Positions 27,181 to 35,798 of a DNA stretch of 64,000 bases are shown one piece after another; within the stretch, counting starts at the first letter, position 1; each line of letters begins with the position of its first letter. The translations under genes were made by a program, and so were the position numbers. Below the pieces are notes generated by a model. That model did no database searches and had not been told where the DNA came from. It saw only the letters and a list, made by a program, of their open reading frames with translations. The stretch is from an uncultured Corynebacterium sp. (GTDB lineage Bacteria; Actinomycetota; Actinomycetes; Mycobacteriales; Mycobacteriaceae). The stretch spans positions 14,143 to 78,142 of the forward strand of contig NZ_CALLDG010000052.1 in NCBI RefSeq assembly GCF_937999985.1, given 5' to 3'.

Positions 27181-28362
27181 CTAGCGCTTGCCCTGGTTGA
27201 TCCTCTCCATGAGGTAGGCCGGGGGCTGGATGTCAATCTCCGCCCTGCCGTCACCTTTCGCCTTGATGTCGGTGAACGTGGTGATCTCAGCCATGTGCGA
27301 AAACATCAGTCGTGGGCTCAGCGCGCCCGCTTGCCGCGAGAACTCCTGGGCGGTCACTGCCGCCATCATCTTGATGGAACCCAGCAGGTCGGTGCCTTCG
27401 CCCATCTCTCGAACTAGGGTGATGTGGCGATGCGGCGTGGAAAAAACAAGTCCTTCGCTGGGATCGATCTGCGGCAGGTAGCGCTCGAGGATCTCGTTCA
27501 TGAGCAGGGGCACTGATCCCGCATAGTAAGAGCCGCTTTCGATCGCCCAGAAGCGCTCGTTGGGGCGGTCTTCGCTCGCTCGAACAGGCTGCACATCCAA
27601 GCCGGAATCGATCAGCTCCTGCCACAGGTTGCGGTAGCCAATCCGGAACAAGTCCTCAATCGGACCGCGATTGTTCAGCGAACCTGGGCTCAGCGCCAAA
27701 ACGGAATTTGGTGTATCCAGAACCAGGTTGATGCACAGGTCATCCGAATAGGGTCGAATTGGCGAATCCGGGTTGAACTCTAGTGCATCCGCCCGCGACT
27801 GCTCCGGCAGAAGATCGATCGCCATTAGGCGCGCCCGCAAACGGGAGTAAAACTCCGCATCCGGAAGCGAAAGTAAATCCCGCTCCGAGCTGGCAGCCGG
27901 CCCGAGCAGACTATTGACGAAATGCTCTACCAGCACAGGCATATCCCGACCGAAATCCTCGGCATTGGCGCACTGCTTCGTGATGTTCTCGAGCCCCAGT
28001 TGCGACCCCTCGCCATAGTCTGGCGCGGGGAGCTGCCCGCCATAGGGGCCGGGCGTGGGGCCTGGGTAGCTCAGCGGCTTCTGAATGTGTTCGGGCTTGC
28101 TGTAGTACACGACCTCGGGCGTGGGGGTTGCGCCGTAGCCCAGGCTGTTGAGCGTCCGCACAATCTGCCGGATCAGCGCCGTCGATTGGTGCAGGTCCAG
28201 GCGAGGTAGCGGCACCGGCGGGTCCTGCGGGCCGGGCTCTGCAAGCGGTGCGCTGGGGTTTGCTGGCGAATTGGGTGCAGGCGAGGTTCTGTGTGGGGTG
28301 TCGTGTGATGCATCGTGCGAGCCGAAGATCCGACTCAACCAGTTGCGCTTCTTAGGTGCCAT
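27181..28362 (-). CDS. Hypothetical protein (orphan) with Pro-rich disordered N-terminus
   Basis: 393 aa from the ATG at 28362 (MAPKKRNWLSRIFG...). The first ~75 aa are Pro/Ser-rich and the rest looks globular. I recognise no family. Convergent with the HNH gene and divergent from dnaJ. Confidence 0.5.
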   Translation of the reverse strand: MAPKKRNWLSRIFGSHDASHDTPHRTSPAPNSPANPSAPLAEPGPQDPPVPLPRLDLHQSTALIRQIVRTLNSLGYGATPTPEVVYYSKPEHIQKPLSYPGPTPGPYGGQLPAPDYGEGSQLGLENITKQCANAEDFGRDMPVLVEHFVNSLLGPAASSERDLLSLPDAEFYSRLRARLMAIDLLPEQSRADALEFNPDSPIRPYSDDLCINLVLDTPNSVLALSPGSLNNRGPIEDLFRIGYRNLWQELIDSGLDVQPVRASEDRPNERFWAIESGSYYAGSVPLLMNEILERYLPQIDPSEGLVFSTPHRHITLVREMGEGTDLLGSIKMMAAVTAQEFSRQAGALSPRLMFSHMAEITTFTDIKAKGDGRAEIDIQPPAYLMERINQGKR

Positions 28363-28508
28363 GACCCCCACCCTAGCTAGTTTCGGGCTGGCAAGTCTTC
28401 GGCAAAGGCTGCTGCAAGTCTCCGGTAATGAACGCTGCAAGGCCCGAAGTGATGTGGGGAGGGAATAAATACGTGGGGGCGTCGTTAAAGAAGATTAGAT
28501 AACAAAAG

Positions 28509-28535
28509 TTCAGCGCGGTAGACTCAAGGTTGAGT
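28509..28535. promoter_or_regulatory. HAIR-like operator upstream of dnaJ
   Basis: TTCAGC-gcggtag-ACTCAAG (28509-28528) is immediately followed by an extra TTGAGT half-site (28530-28535). It lies about 45 nt upstream of the dnaJ ATG. Confidence 0.55.
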
Positions 28536-28578
28536 ATTAACACCCCGCGTGAACAGCGCAATAAGGAAGGAGCGACAC

Positions 28579-29802
28579 ATGGCGCACAGTGAATGGGCCG
28601 AGAAGGATTATTACAAAGACCTCGGCGTGTCCTCCACCGCATCGGCAGAGGAGATCAAGAAAGCTTATCGCAAGATCGCCCGCGAGAATCATCCGGATGC
28701 GAACCCGGGCGATACGGCGGCGGAGGAGCGGTTCAAGAAGGCTTCCGAAGCGTACAGCGTGGTGGGGGACAAGGAAAAGCGCGCGGAGTACGACGAGCTG
28801 AAGCAGATGCTCGCTAGCGGAGCCTACTCGAGCTTCGGCGGTGCGGGTGGTGCTGGCGGCTTTGGTGGCGCAGGTGGCACAAACTTTGGTGGCGGCGGCT
28901 TTAATGTCTCTGATCTTTTTGGAAATGACGCCACCAGTGGCGGATTCGGGGATGTCTTCAGCGGACTCTTCGGCGACGATCCGACCGCTGGCGCCTCCCG
29001 CAGCCGATTCGGTGGCCGGGGTGGCCGGGCTGGACGCCGCACTCAGCGCAGCCGCGGGGCGGACGTGGAGACGGAGCTGACCCTCGAATTCCGCGAGGCC
29101 ACCAAGGGTGTGACCGTGCCGATCCGCCTGACCAAGCCCGAACCGTGCGAAAGCTGCCACGGCTCCGGCGCTAAGGCGGGCACTTCTCCGCAGAGCTGCG
29201 CTACCTGTAACGGCAGCGGCATGGTCAGCGAGAACAGGGGGGCCTTTGGGTTCTCCCGCCCATGCGCGGACTGTTCTGGCACTGGCTCGGTGATTAAGGA
29301 CAAGTGCCCGGATTGTTCCGGCACGGGGCGGACTACTCAGTCCCGCACGATTACCGTGCGCGTGCCTGCGGGCGTGGTCGACGGGCAGAAGGTGCGCCTG
29401 GCCGGACAGGGCTCGGCGGGGCAGCGCGGTAAGCCGGCTGGCGACCTGTTCGTGACGGTGCACGTGAAGCCCGACAAGGTGTTCAGTCGCGACGGCGACG
29501 ACCTGAAACTGACCGTGCCGGTGAGCTACCCCGAGCTGGTGCTCGGCGGCGCGGTGACGGTGCCGACCCTGGCCTCCAAGGTGCGGGTGCGCATCCCCGC
29601 CGGTACGCAAGATGGCACCACGCTGCGCGTGCGTGGCCACGGTGTGAACAAGCGCAATGGCGCTAGCGGCGATCTGCTGGTGACTGTGAAGGTGGCCGTG
29701 CCGAAGAACTTGGACGAGGGCGCGATGAGCGCGCTGCGCAAGTATTCGGAAGAGGAAAAGCGCTCCGGATTCGACCCCCGCGAAGGATGGGAGGGTAACT
29801 GA
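28579..29802 (+). CDS. dnaJ: Molecular chaperone DnaJ
   Basis: J-domain ([34 protein letters not shown]), G/F-rich linker and four CxxCxGxG zinc-finger repeats. ATG at 28579 with AAGGAAGGAG upstream. Confidence 0.95.
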   Translation: MAHSEWAEKDYYKDLGVSSTASAEEIKKAYRKIARENHPDANPGDTAAEERFKKASEAYSVVGDKEKRAEYDELKQMLASGAYSSFGGAGGAGGFGGAGGTNFGGGGFNVSDLFGNDATSGGFGDVFSGLFGDDPTAGASRSRFGGRGGRAGRRTQRSRGADVETELTLEFREATKGVTVPIRLTKPEPCESCHGSGAKAGTSPQSCATCNGSGMVSENRGAFGFSRPCADCSGTGSVIKDKCPDCSGTGRTTQSRTITVRVPAGVVDGQKVRLAGQGSAGQRGKPAGDLFVTVHVKPDKVFSRDGDDLKLTVPVSYPELVLGGAVTVPTLASKVRVRIPAGTQDGTTLRVRGHGVNKRNGASGDLLVTVKVAVPKNLDEGAMSALRKYSEEEKRSGFDPREGWEGN

Positions 29803-30224
29803 TGAGTAACGGCAAGAACGGCGGCGATCGCGAGGTTTTCGTGATCTCCGTCGCTGCGCGGATTACCGGAATGCACGCCCAGACGCTGCGCACGTATGAC
29901 CGCATGGGTTTGGTGACGCCCCAACGCACCAGCGGCGGCGGCCGCCGCTACTCGCGCGAGGATATTGAGCAGCTGCAGGAGATCCAGCGCCTCTCCCACG
30001 AGGAGGGCGTGAACCTGGCAGGCATCAAGACGATCATCGCCCAACAGAACCGGCTGGACGAGCTGGAAGAAGAAAACGCGGCACTGCGCCGCCGCCTGGC
30101 GGAGATGCAGGCCCGCGTGGAGCGGGGCGAGGGTGCAGGCGCGGGCGGGCGCTCGCGTGGCGAGATTGTGCATGTCCCGCGCTCTACCTCTGTGGTTCTG
30201 TGGGACCGGCAGAAGCGGCGGTAA
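29802..30224 (+). CDS. hspR: Heat-shock transcriptional repressor HspR (MerR family)
   Basis: 140 aa. MerR-type HTH (VFVISVAARITGMHAQTLRTYDRMGLVTPQRTSGGGRRYSREDIEQL). The ATG overlaps the dnaJ stop (TGATG). Confidence 0.9.
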   Translation: MSNGKNGGDREVFVISVAARITGMHAQTLRTYDRMGLVTPQRTSGGGRRYSREDIEQLQEIQRLSHEEGVNLAGIKTIIAQQNRLDELEEENAALRRRLAEMQARVERGEGAGAGGRSRGEIVHVPRSTSVVLWDRQKRR

Positions 30225-31802
30225 CTAGAGGCTGATCTGGCCAGTGACGATCAGGTACAAAGCACCGATGGCGGAGGCGACGATGAGGGCACTGATGATC
30301 CACTCGAAGGTGTTGAACACGCGCCCGCCGGCCTTGATGCGGGTGGCGACGTAGACCACCAGGCCGGGCACGATCAGCAGCGTGCCGAGCAGGACGAACT
30401 GTAGCTCGGCGGCGTACAGCAGCCACAGGGAGTAACCGAAAGCTACGGCACTGATGAGCAGGTGCCCGCGATTGGTTTTCTTGCTGACCTCGGGGCCGGA
30501 GATGTCGAACTTCGAGCCGGCGTCCGGGTGCTTGAATCCGTGGCCACGGGTGGCCAGGAACAGCAGGTACAGGCTGGAGAACACGTAGGGCACCAGGTAC
30601 AGGGACGTGGCCAGCTGCACCATCGTGGTGTACGTGGATTCGTTCAGGTAGAAGATGATGATGAACGCCTGGATAACCACGGCGGACAGGAACTGCGAGA
30701 CGTATGGGGCGCCCATGTCGTTGGTGCGTCCAACGGCCTTCGGTAGCAGCCCATCCTGAGCCATCAGGGTGATCGGTTCGGCACACAGCATCTGCCAGGA
30801 GACGTAGGCACCCAGAACGGAGATGCACAGGCCGACGGAGATCAGGCCAGCACCCCACGGGCCGACGACGTGCTCCAGGACGGTGCCCATGGAGTTATCG
30901 CCCATCGCGGCGAGCTCTTCGCGGGAGACCACGCCGAAGGACAGGAAGCTCACGGCGGTGAGCAGGAAGAACACGGAGACGAATCCCAGGAAGGTGGCCA
31001 GGGAAACATCCTTACGGTGGCGTGCGCGCTTCGAGTAGGTGGAAGCGCCCTCCACGCCGATGAAGGCCCACACGGTGAACAGCATCATGCCCTTAACCTG
31101 GTCGCCGAGGGAAAGCGCCTGGTCCTGGTTCTCACCGAAGGTGGCGGCGCGGCCCCAGAAGTCGGAGGTGAACACGTCCGTGTTGAAGCCGACGAAGGCC
31201 ACGAGCACCAGGAACGCCAGGATCGGCAGGATCTTCGCCACTGTGGTGATGACGTTCATGATCGCCGCTTGGCGCACGCCGCGGGAAAGAATCAGGAAGA
31301 TTCCCCAGGTGAGAGCTGATACGCAGATCGACTGCACCAGCGGATGATCGCCGCCGAAAATGGGGAAGAAGAAGCTCAGGGAGCCGAAGAACAGCGTCGC
31401 GTAGCCCACCTGGGCGATGATGGTGCCCAGCCAGTAGCCCCACGCGGAGGCGAAGCCGACGAAGTCACCCAGGCCGGCGCGCACGTAAGAGTACACGCCA
31501 GAGTCCAGGTGCGGTTTACGCAGTGCTAGAGCCTGGAAGACGTAGGCGATGCACAGCATGCCCACGCCGGTGATGCCCCAGCCGATCAGTGCAGCACCCG
31601 GCGAGGCGACAGACGCGATGTTCTGCGGCAGCGCGAAAATGCCGGCGCCGACGGTGGAGCCGATGATCAGGCTGACGAGCGTGCCCATGCGGACGGTGCG
31701 TGGGTCGTCCTTGACCAGCACTTCAGCGGTGGAGGCCTGCGGGTGATAAACCTCGGCAGTCTCCTGAGTATATGGGGTATCCCCATTATTAGAGATATTC
31801 AC
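30225..31802 (-). CDS. APC-superfamily amino acid permease (basic amino acid/polyamine antiporter-like)
   Basis: 525 aa, about 12-13 TM. N-terminal motifs LIIGSTVGAGIFALP and YSYVRAGLGDFVGFASAWGYWL are typical of the APA/ArcD-like subfamily. The stop codon abuts the hspR stop. Confidence 0.8.
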   Translation of the reverse strand: MNISNNGDTPYTQETAEVYHPQASTAEVLVKDDPRTVRMGTLVSLIIGSTVGAGIFALPQNIASVASPGAALIGWGITGVGMLCIAYVFQALALRKPHLDSGVYSYVRAGLGDFVGFASAWGYWLGTIIAQVGYATLFFGSLSFFFPIFGGDHPLVQSICVSALTWGIFLILSRGVRQAAIMNVITTVAKILPILAFLVLVAFVGFNTDVFTSDFWGRAATFGENQDQALSLGDQVKGMMLFTVWAFIGVEGASTYSKRARHRKDVSLATFLGFVSVFFLLTAVSFLSFGVVSREELAAMGDNSMGTVLEHVVGPWGAGLISVGLCISVLGAYVSWQMLCAEPITLMAQDGLLPKAVGRTNDMGAPYVSQFLSAVVIQAFIIIFYLNESTYTTMVQLATSLYLVPYVFSSLYLLFLATRGHGFKHPDAGSKFDISGPEVSKKTNRGHLLISAVAFGYSLWLLYAAELQFVLLGTLLIVPGLVVYVATRIKAGGRVFNTFEWIISALIVASAIGALYLIVTGQISL

Positions 31803-31869
31803 GGTTAGTACCGTACAACGTGTCCGTTGGTTAGGCCAACCTGCTGCGGTTTTGCGGCGTTAGCTCTCG

Positions 31870-32381
31870 CTAGTTGTGCTCGGCTGTGCTCGGCTCCCAA
31901 CCCAGCGCAGGCGCGACGTGGGTAGCGAAGTTCTTCAGTAGGCGAACATTGGCCTCTACGCCCAGCTGATTCGGGATAGTGAGCATCAACGTGTCGGTCT
32001 CGGCCACTGCGGCGTCATTAAGAAGATCCTCGACGAGCTTGTCGGGTTCACCAATATAGGTTCGGCCGAAGGCGGAGCTGCTGCGCCTGCAGGTCACCGA
32101 AGCTGTCACCGTTGCTCTCGGTGAGGAGGGTGGAGCTCATGAGGTTGACGCCCGCCTGCCCCGCCCGCTCGGCGGTCTAGGTTGGGGAAATGCGGGAGTA
32201 CGGGGATGGAGGCGCCGGGCTGGTATATGTGCGGGTATTGCTTCTTTGCCGAGGGGGCGGTGGCCATGCCTACTCCGCGGATGGCGGCTAGGTGGCGCAG
32301 GAAGTGCTCGCGGGCGATGTCGGCGCCTCGGGGGTCGGTGGAGTCGGTGTGGTCGAAGCTGAGGAATCCGAAGGCTTTCAT
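31870..32381 (-). pseudogene. Remnant of an LLM-class (luciferase-like) flavin-dependent oxidoreductase
   Basis: An N-terminal fragment (MKAFGFLSFDHTDS...) and a C-terminal fragment (GEPDKLVEDLLNDAAVAETDTLMLTIPNQLGVEANVRLLKNFATHVAPALGW) lie in different frames. Together they cover only about 510 nt, against the roughly 1 kb I would expect for this family. Confidence 0.55.
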
Positions 32382-32471
32382 GGTGCCAGTGCACGAGAAC
32401 ATAGTTGAGGCATCAACTAAGTTCTTGGCTGTGGACTACGGACGATTTTCGGGAAGGGTAGGAATGTAGTC

Positions 32472-33038
32472 ATGCAAGATACTCGGCGAGGCATGACATT
32501 TTCCGCGGACGTGGGGCAGGACCTGTGCGGGGTGAACAGCCTGCATGTACTCGCTACCGAACAGGGCATACGAGGCATAGGTTTCGCTGGGGAAAATTGG
32601 GGTGCGGTGGATGAGCTGGCGGAAGATGCGGCGAGTCGGCATGTAGCGGGGCGGCATGTAGCGGGGCGGCATGCGGCAGAAGAGCATATAGAGGAGGCCG
32701 CAAGGCAGCTGGGGGAGTACTTCGCGGGGGAGCGGCGGGAGTTCACCGTGCCCGTGGACTTCAGTGGCTTGACAACTCCCTTCCGGCGCCGGGCGACGGA
32801 GGCCCTGGCGCAGATCCCGTACGGGGAGACCATTACGTATGCCCAGCTGGCGGCTCTGGCGGGCAATCCGCGTGCCGTGCGCGCCGCAGCCTCGGCGTGC
32901 GCGCGTAACCCGCTGCCGATCCTGTACCCGTGCCACCGGGTGATCCGCAGCGACGGGAGCCTCGGCGAGTACCGGGGTGGCGCGGAGACCAAGCGGGCGC
33001 TGCTGGAGATGGAGCGCGCGCTAATATCGCGCATTTAG
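32472..33038 (+). CDS. ogt: Methylated-DNA--protein-cysteine methyltransferase
   Basis: Active-site motif PCHRVIRSDGSLGEYRGG and the upstream helix-turn-helix region IPYGETITYAQLAALAG. Contains a 15-bp tandem duplication (RHVAGRHVAGRH). Confidence 0.9.
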   Translation: MQDTRRGMTFSADVGQDLCGVNSLHVLATEQGIRGIGFAGENWGAVDELAEDAASRHVAGRHVAGRHAAEEHIEEAARQLGEYFAGERREFTVPVDFSGLTTPFRRRATEALAQIPYGETITYAQLAALAGNPRAVRAAASACARNPLPILYPCHRVIRSDGSLGEYRGGAETKRALLEMERALISRI

Positions 33039-34367
33039 CTCCGGGGACCACATGTAGGAACTGTGGGCGTCGGTCTCCCCGCGGCTCATGAGGTAGAGGT
33101 CCAGGATTCGGCTCCAGCCGTAGCTGCTCCAGCTGCCGGAGTCAGGGGTGGCGGAGTCTGGGGTGGCAGAGTCAGGGGCAAAGTCTGGCGACGCGGGGTC
33201 CTTGCCGTGCACTCCAAACCCTGGGGTAGTGGTGAGTCGGATCATGTCGCCGGGCACGTGCTCGTTGATGACCTGGCCGTGGCTACTGTGCTCATCCGGC
33301 GACCCATCCGGCGGTGCAATCAGCTTCAGATCCTCGGCATGCTGTGCGTGTACGCCGGGGCTGCCCCAGAAACGCACCTCGTCGGCGGTGAGCCCCTCGC
33401 TGCCTTTCGCCGCGGCCTCCCCGACCACGACCGAACCGTAGCTATAGCCCACCACCTGCAGTTTTGCGTCAGGGTTTCGCTCACGCAGCTGGCGCTGATG
33501 CTCCCGCAGCGCGGTGGCGCCCTCCTTCGCCGGCGCCTGGGAGATCGCGCCGGGCAGATCCCCCGGAGCCGAGTAGCCATGCCACGCCACCACCGCCACG
33601 TTCCTGCCGTGCACCGCCGCATCCGCAGCCGTCGCCCGAGCCCACGCCTCGGTGCGTACAAGCGCGTCCGCATTACTCGACCCCACGCCGCTGACCAGCG
33701 TAATCACCTCGTCGGCGCTCTCGACATCACCCACCGTCACCACCGGACCATGCGGCGTATCCACCCTCTGTACTGGAGGCAAGTTCTGGGGCCCCTTTAT
33801 TGATGACGCCCCCTCGACCTCACCGACCCCAGCATCACTTCGGGGTGGCGCGACCGTGCCACTGATCGCGGAGACTGCGGTGCCGGACACCCGATCCAGC
33901 ACACTCGCCAGCTGGAGAGCCCCGCGCAGAACATTGGTCAGCACCAGCGCCAGGTTCTGCGCGGCCTCACCGATGCCGGGTATGAAGGCCAGGTGACGGG
34001 CGGAGACCTCCCCGTCCTGGTGCACCGACATTAATGCCCCGCGGGCCAACCCCACGGTCGTGCGCACTACCGACCGGGTGGGGCCCAGCACGTCGGCGTG
34101 GGTGCCCGCCAGCTGGCCGATGGTGCTGCTGCTGAAACCGGCGGTATCCAGTTGGTTCGCGGCGGAATCGGTGGCGTGGCCGGCGGCGTCCGCGGCCTGC
34201 CCGGACCAGTCCGCGCCCCACTTGGCCTGCTCCCGGGCGTTCGCAGCGTGGCGGGATGTCTTGTCGCCATTGCGGGTGAAGAGGTCGGCGGCGGAGCGCA
34301 GGGCCTCTACGTTTGCGGCCTTGAGGGCGTCTACGGTGACTGTGCTGGTAGTTGGTGTGGCGATCAT
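33021..34367 (-). CDS. Fusion of an N-terminal helical WXG-motif domain with a DUF1023-type alpha/beta hydrolase
   Basis: 448 aa from the ATG at 34367 (MIATPTTSTV...). The N-terminal ~230 aa are Ala-rich and helical and contain KWGADWSGQAADAAG. The hydrolase core has AVVAWHGYSAPG and the nucleophile elbow VVGYSYGSVVVGE. The C-terminal tail carries a 15-bp x3 repeat (DSATPDSATPDSG). Confidence 0.65.
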   Translation of the reverse strand: MIATPTTSTVTVDALKAANVEALRSAADLFTRNGDKTSRHAANAREQAKWGADWSGQAADAAGHATDSAANQLDTAGFSSSTIGQLAGTHADVLGPTRSVVRTTVGLARGALMSVHQDGEVSARHLAFIPGIGEAAQNLALVLTNVLRGALQLASVLDRVSGTAVSAISGTVAPPRSDAGVGEVEGASSIKGPQNLPPVQRVDTPHGPVVTVGDVESADEVITLVSGVGSSNADALVRTEAWARATAADAAVHGRNVAVVAWHGYSAPGDLPGAISQAPAKEGATALREHQRQLRERNPDAKLQVVGYSYGSVVVGEAAAKGSEGLTADEVRFWGSPGVHAQHAEDLKLIAPPDGSPDEHSSHGQVINEHVPGDMIRLTTTPGFGVHGKDPASPDFAPDSATPDSATPDSGSWSSYGWSRILDLYLMSRGETDAHSSYMWSPELNARY

Positions 34368-34690
34368 CGGCCGGCCCCCGCAAAGGCATCCGAGCCGTCG
34401 GTGTCGGCGACGGTTACATTCTCGGCGTACACGCCGATGGTGCGGCTCATGTTCGACAGTTGGCGGCCGAACCCCGTGAAGGCCGCGTGGAGCCTGTCGG
34501 CGGCTGTGGCGATGGCCCGCGTGGTGGCTCCGCCCGGAATGTCCGGTGCGGAAGCGTTGGCCACCGAATAGCCCGCCGAGGCGCACTGCACTCCGTCCTC
34601 GTTAATCACCTCGCAGCGCCCGTGGACTGCTGCTGTATCCAGCGCCATCGTGTCCAAATAGTCCAAAAATCCCATCGTCGAATAGTTCAC
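34364..34690 (-). CDS. Small helical protein, EspC/DUF2580-like (putative type VII secretion-associated partner)
   Basis: About 108 aa from GTG at 34690 (AGGGGG 7 nt upstream) or 103 aa from ATG at 34675. The stop overlaps the hydrolase start (ATGA). The pattern ...TTRAIATAADRLHAAFTGFGRQLSNMSRTIGVYAENVTVAD resembles ESX secretion-associated small proteins. The family assignment is tentative. Confidence 0.45.
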   Translation of the reverse strand: MNYSTMGFLDYLDTMALDTAAVHGRCEVINEDGVQCASAGYSVANASAPDIPGGATTRAIATAADRLHAAFTGFGRQLSNMSRTIGVYAENVTVADTDGSDAFAGAGR

Positions 34691-34866
34691 GTGCTTACCC
34701 CCTGGAGATCGCGACCTGCTTTCTGGGAGTGAGTGTAGGGAGGCTAGGGGCGTCAAAAAAGAAAAATTTTTCGGGGCTGTGGATAACTCAGCTTTATCCA
34801 CAGGGCGGCCATCGCGGCGCTGCCAAAAGGGGGCGCGATGTCGGCAATGTCGCTAGGGTGGACTGT

Positions 34867-35793
34867 ATGCGTATCGCTGTCATCCAGATGAAAGCCGAAC
34901 CGAACGTGGAAGCCAACCTGGCTCGCATCCTGAAGTACATCGCGTCCGGTGCGGCAAATGGTGCCGACCTGGTCGTCTTCCCCGAGGCGGCCATGTTCCC
35001 CTTCGATAGCGGGCGGCTGGATACCGTCGCCCAACCGCTGGATGGGCCCTTCGCCCAGGCGATTATCGACACGGCCAAGAAGCACGGCACCACCGCCGTT
35101 GTCGGCATGTTCACCCCGGCCGATACGGTCTACCGCACCCCGAGCGGGCAGCTGGTGGAGGAGCAGCCCAGCGACTCCCCGGAGGCCAACCAGTTCCGCC
35201 GCGTGAACAACACCCTGCTGGTTGCCGGACCGGACTACGTGACGCACTACGACAAGATCCACACCTACGATGCCTTCGGCTACCGCGAGTCCGATACCGT
35301 CAAGCCGGGTAAGCGCCGGGTGGTTATCGACGTCGGTGGCGTGGGAGTGGGGCTGGCCACCTGCTACGACATCCGCTTCCCTGGCCACTTCGTGGCGATG
35401 GCAGCGGCGGGCGCAAAGGTGATGGTTGTGCCCTCCAGCTGGGCTGATGGTCCAGGCAAGCTGGAGCAGTGGCGCGAACTCACCGCGGCCCGCGCGCTGG
35501 ATTCCGCCAGCTACCTAATCGCTGCGGGCATGGCACGCCCGGGCTCTCCGGAGCGCTACGGTACTGCGGATGGCCCCACCGGCATCGGCCACTCCGTGGC
35601 GATCGGCCCGAACGGCGCCCGGCTGGCGGAGACCGGCTACGCCGCCCAGGTGCTGACCATCGACATCGACCCGAACTACGTGGACAAGGTTCGCAAGAAC
35701 CTGCCCGTACTGGAAGGCCACCACACCGACCGTGAGCTCGGCGTGGGGGTCGATCTGGTCGGTGACGTGGAGGAAGCTCAGCAGCTGAAGTAG
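34867..35793 (+). CDS. Carbon-nitrogen hydrolase (nitrilase superfamily)
   Basis: 308 aa from the ATG at 34867 (MRIAVIQMKAEPNV...). Catalytic-triad contexts are present (VVFPEA, HYDKIHTYD, GLATCYDIRFP). Confidence 0.8.
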   Translation: MRIAVIQMKAEPNVEANLARILKYIASGAANGADLVVFPEAAMFPFDSGRLDTVAQPLDGPFAQAIIDTAKKHGTTAVVGMFTPADTVYRTPSGQLVEEQPSDSPEANQFRRVNNTLLVAGPDYVTHYDKIHTYDAFGYRESDTVKPGKRRVVIDVGGVGVGLATCYDIRFPGHFVAMAAAGAKVMVVPSSWADGPGKLEQWRELTAARALDSASYLIAAGMARPGSPERYGTADGPTGIGHSVAIGPNGARLAETGYAAQVLTIDIDPNYVDKVRKNLPVLEGHHTDRELGVGVDLVGDVEEAQQLK

Positions 35794-35798
35794 CTGAA

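Noticed and set aside
34364-34801. The full 145-aa track ORF as the small partner protein.
   Set aside because: The first ~37 codons lack a ribosome-binding site and extend toward the divergent nitrilase gene. An internal GTG (34690) with an AGGGGG Shine-Dalgarno, or the ATG at 34675, gives a ~105-aa product consistent with small helical secretion-associated proteins.
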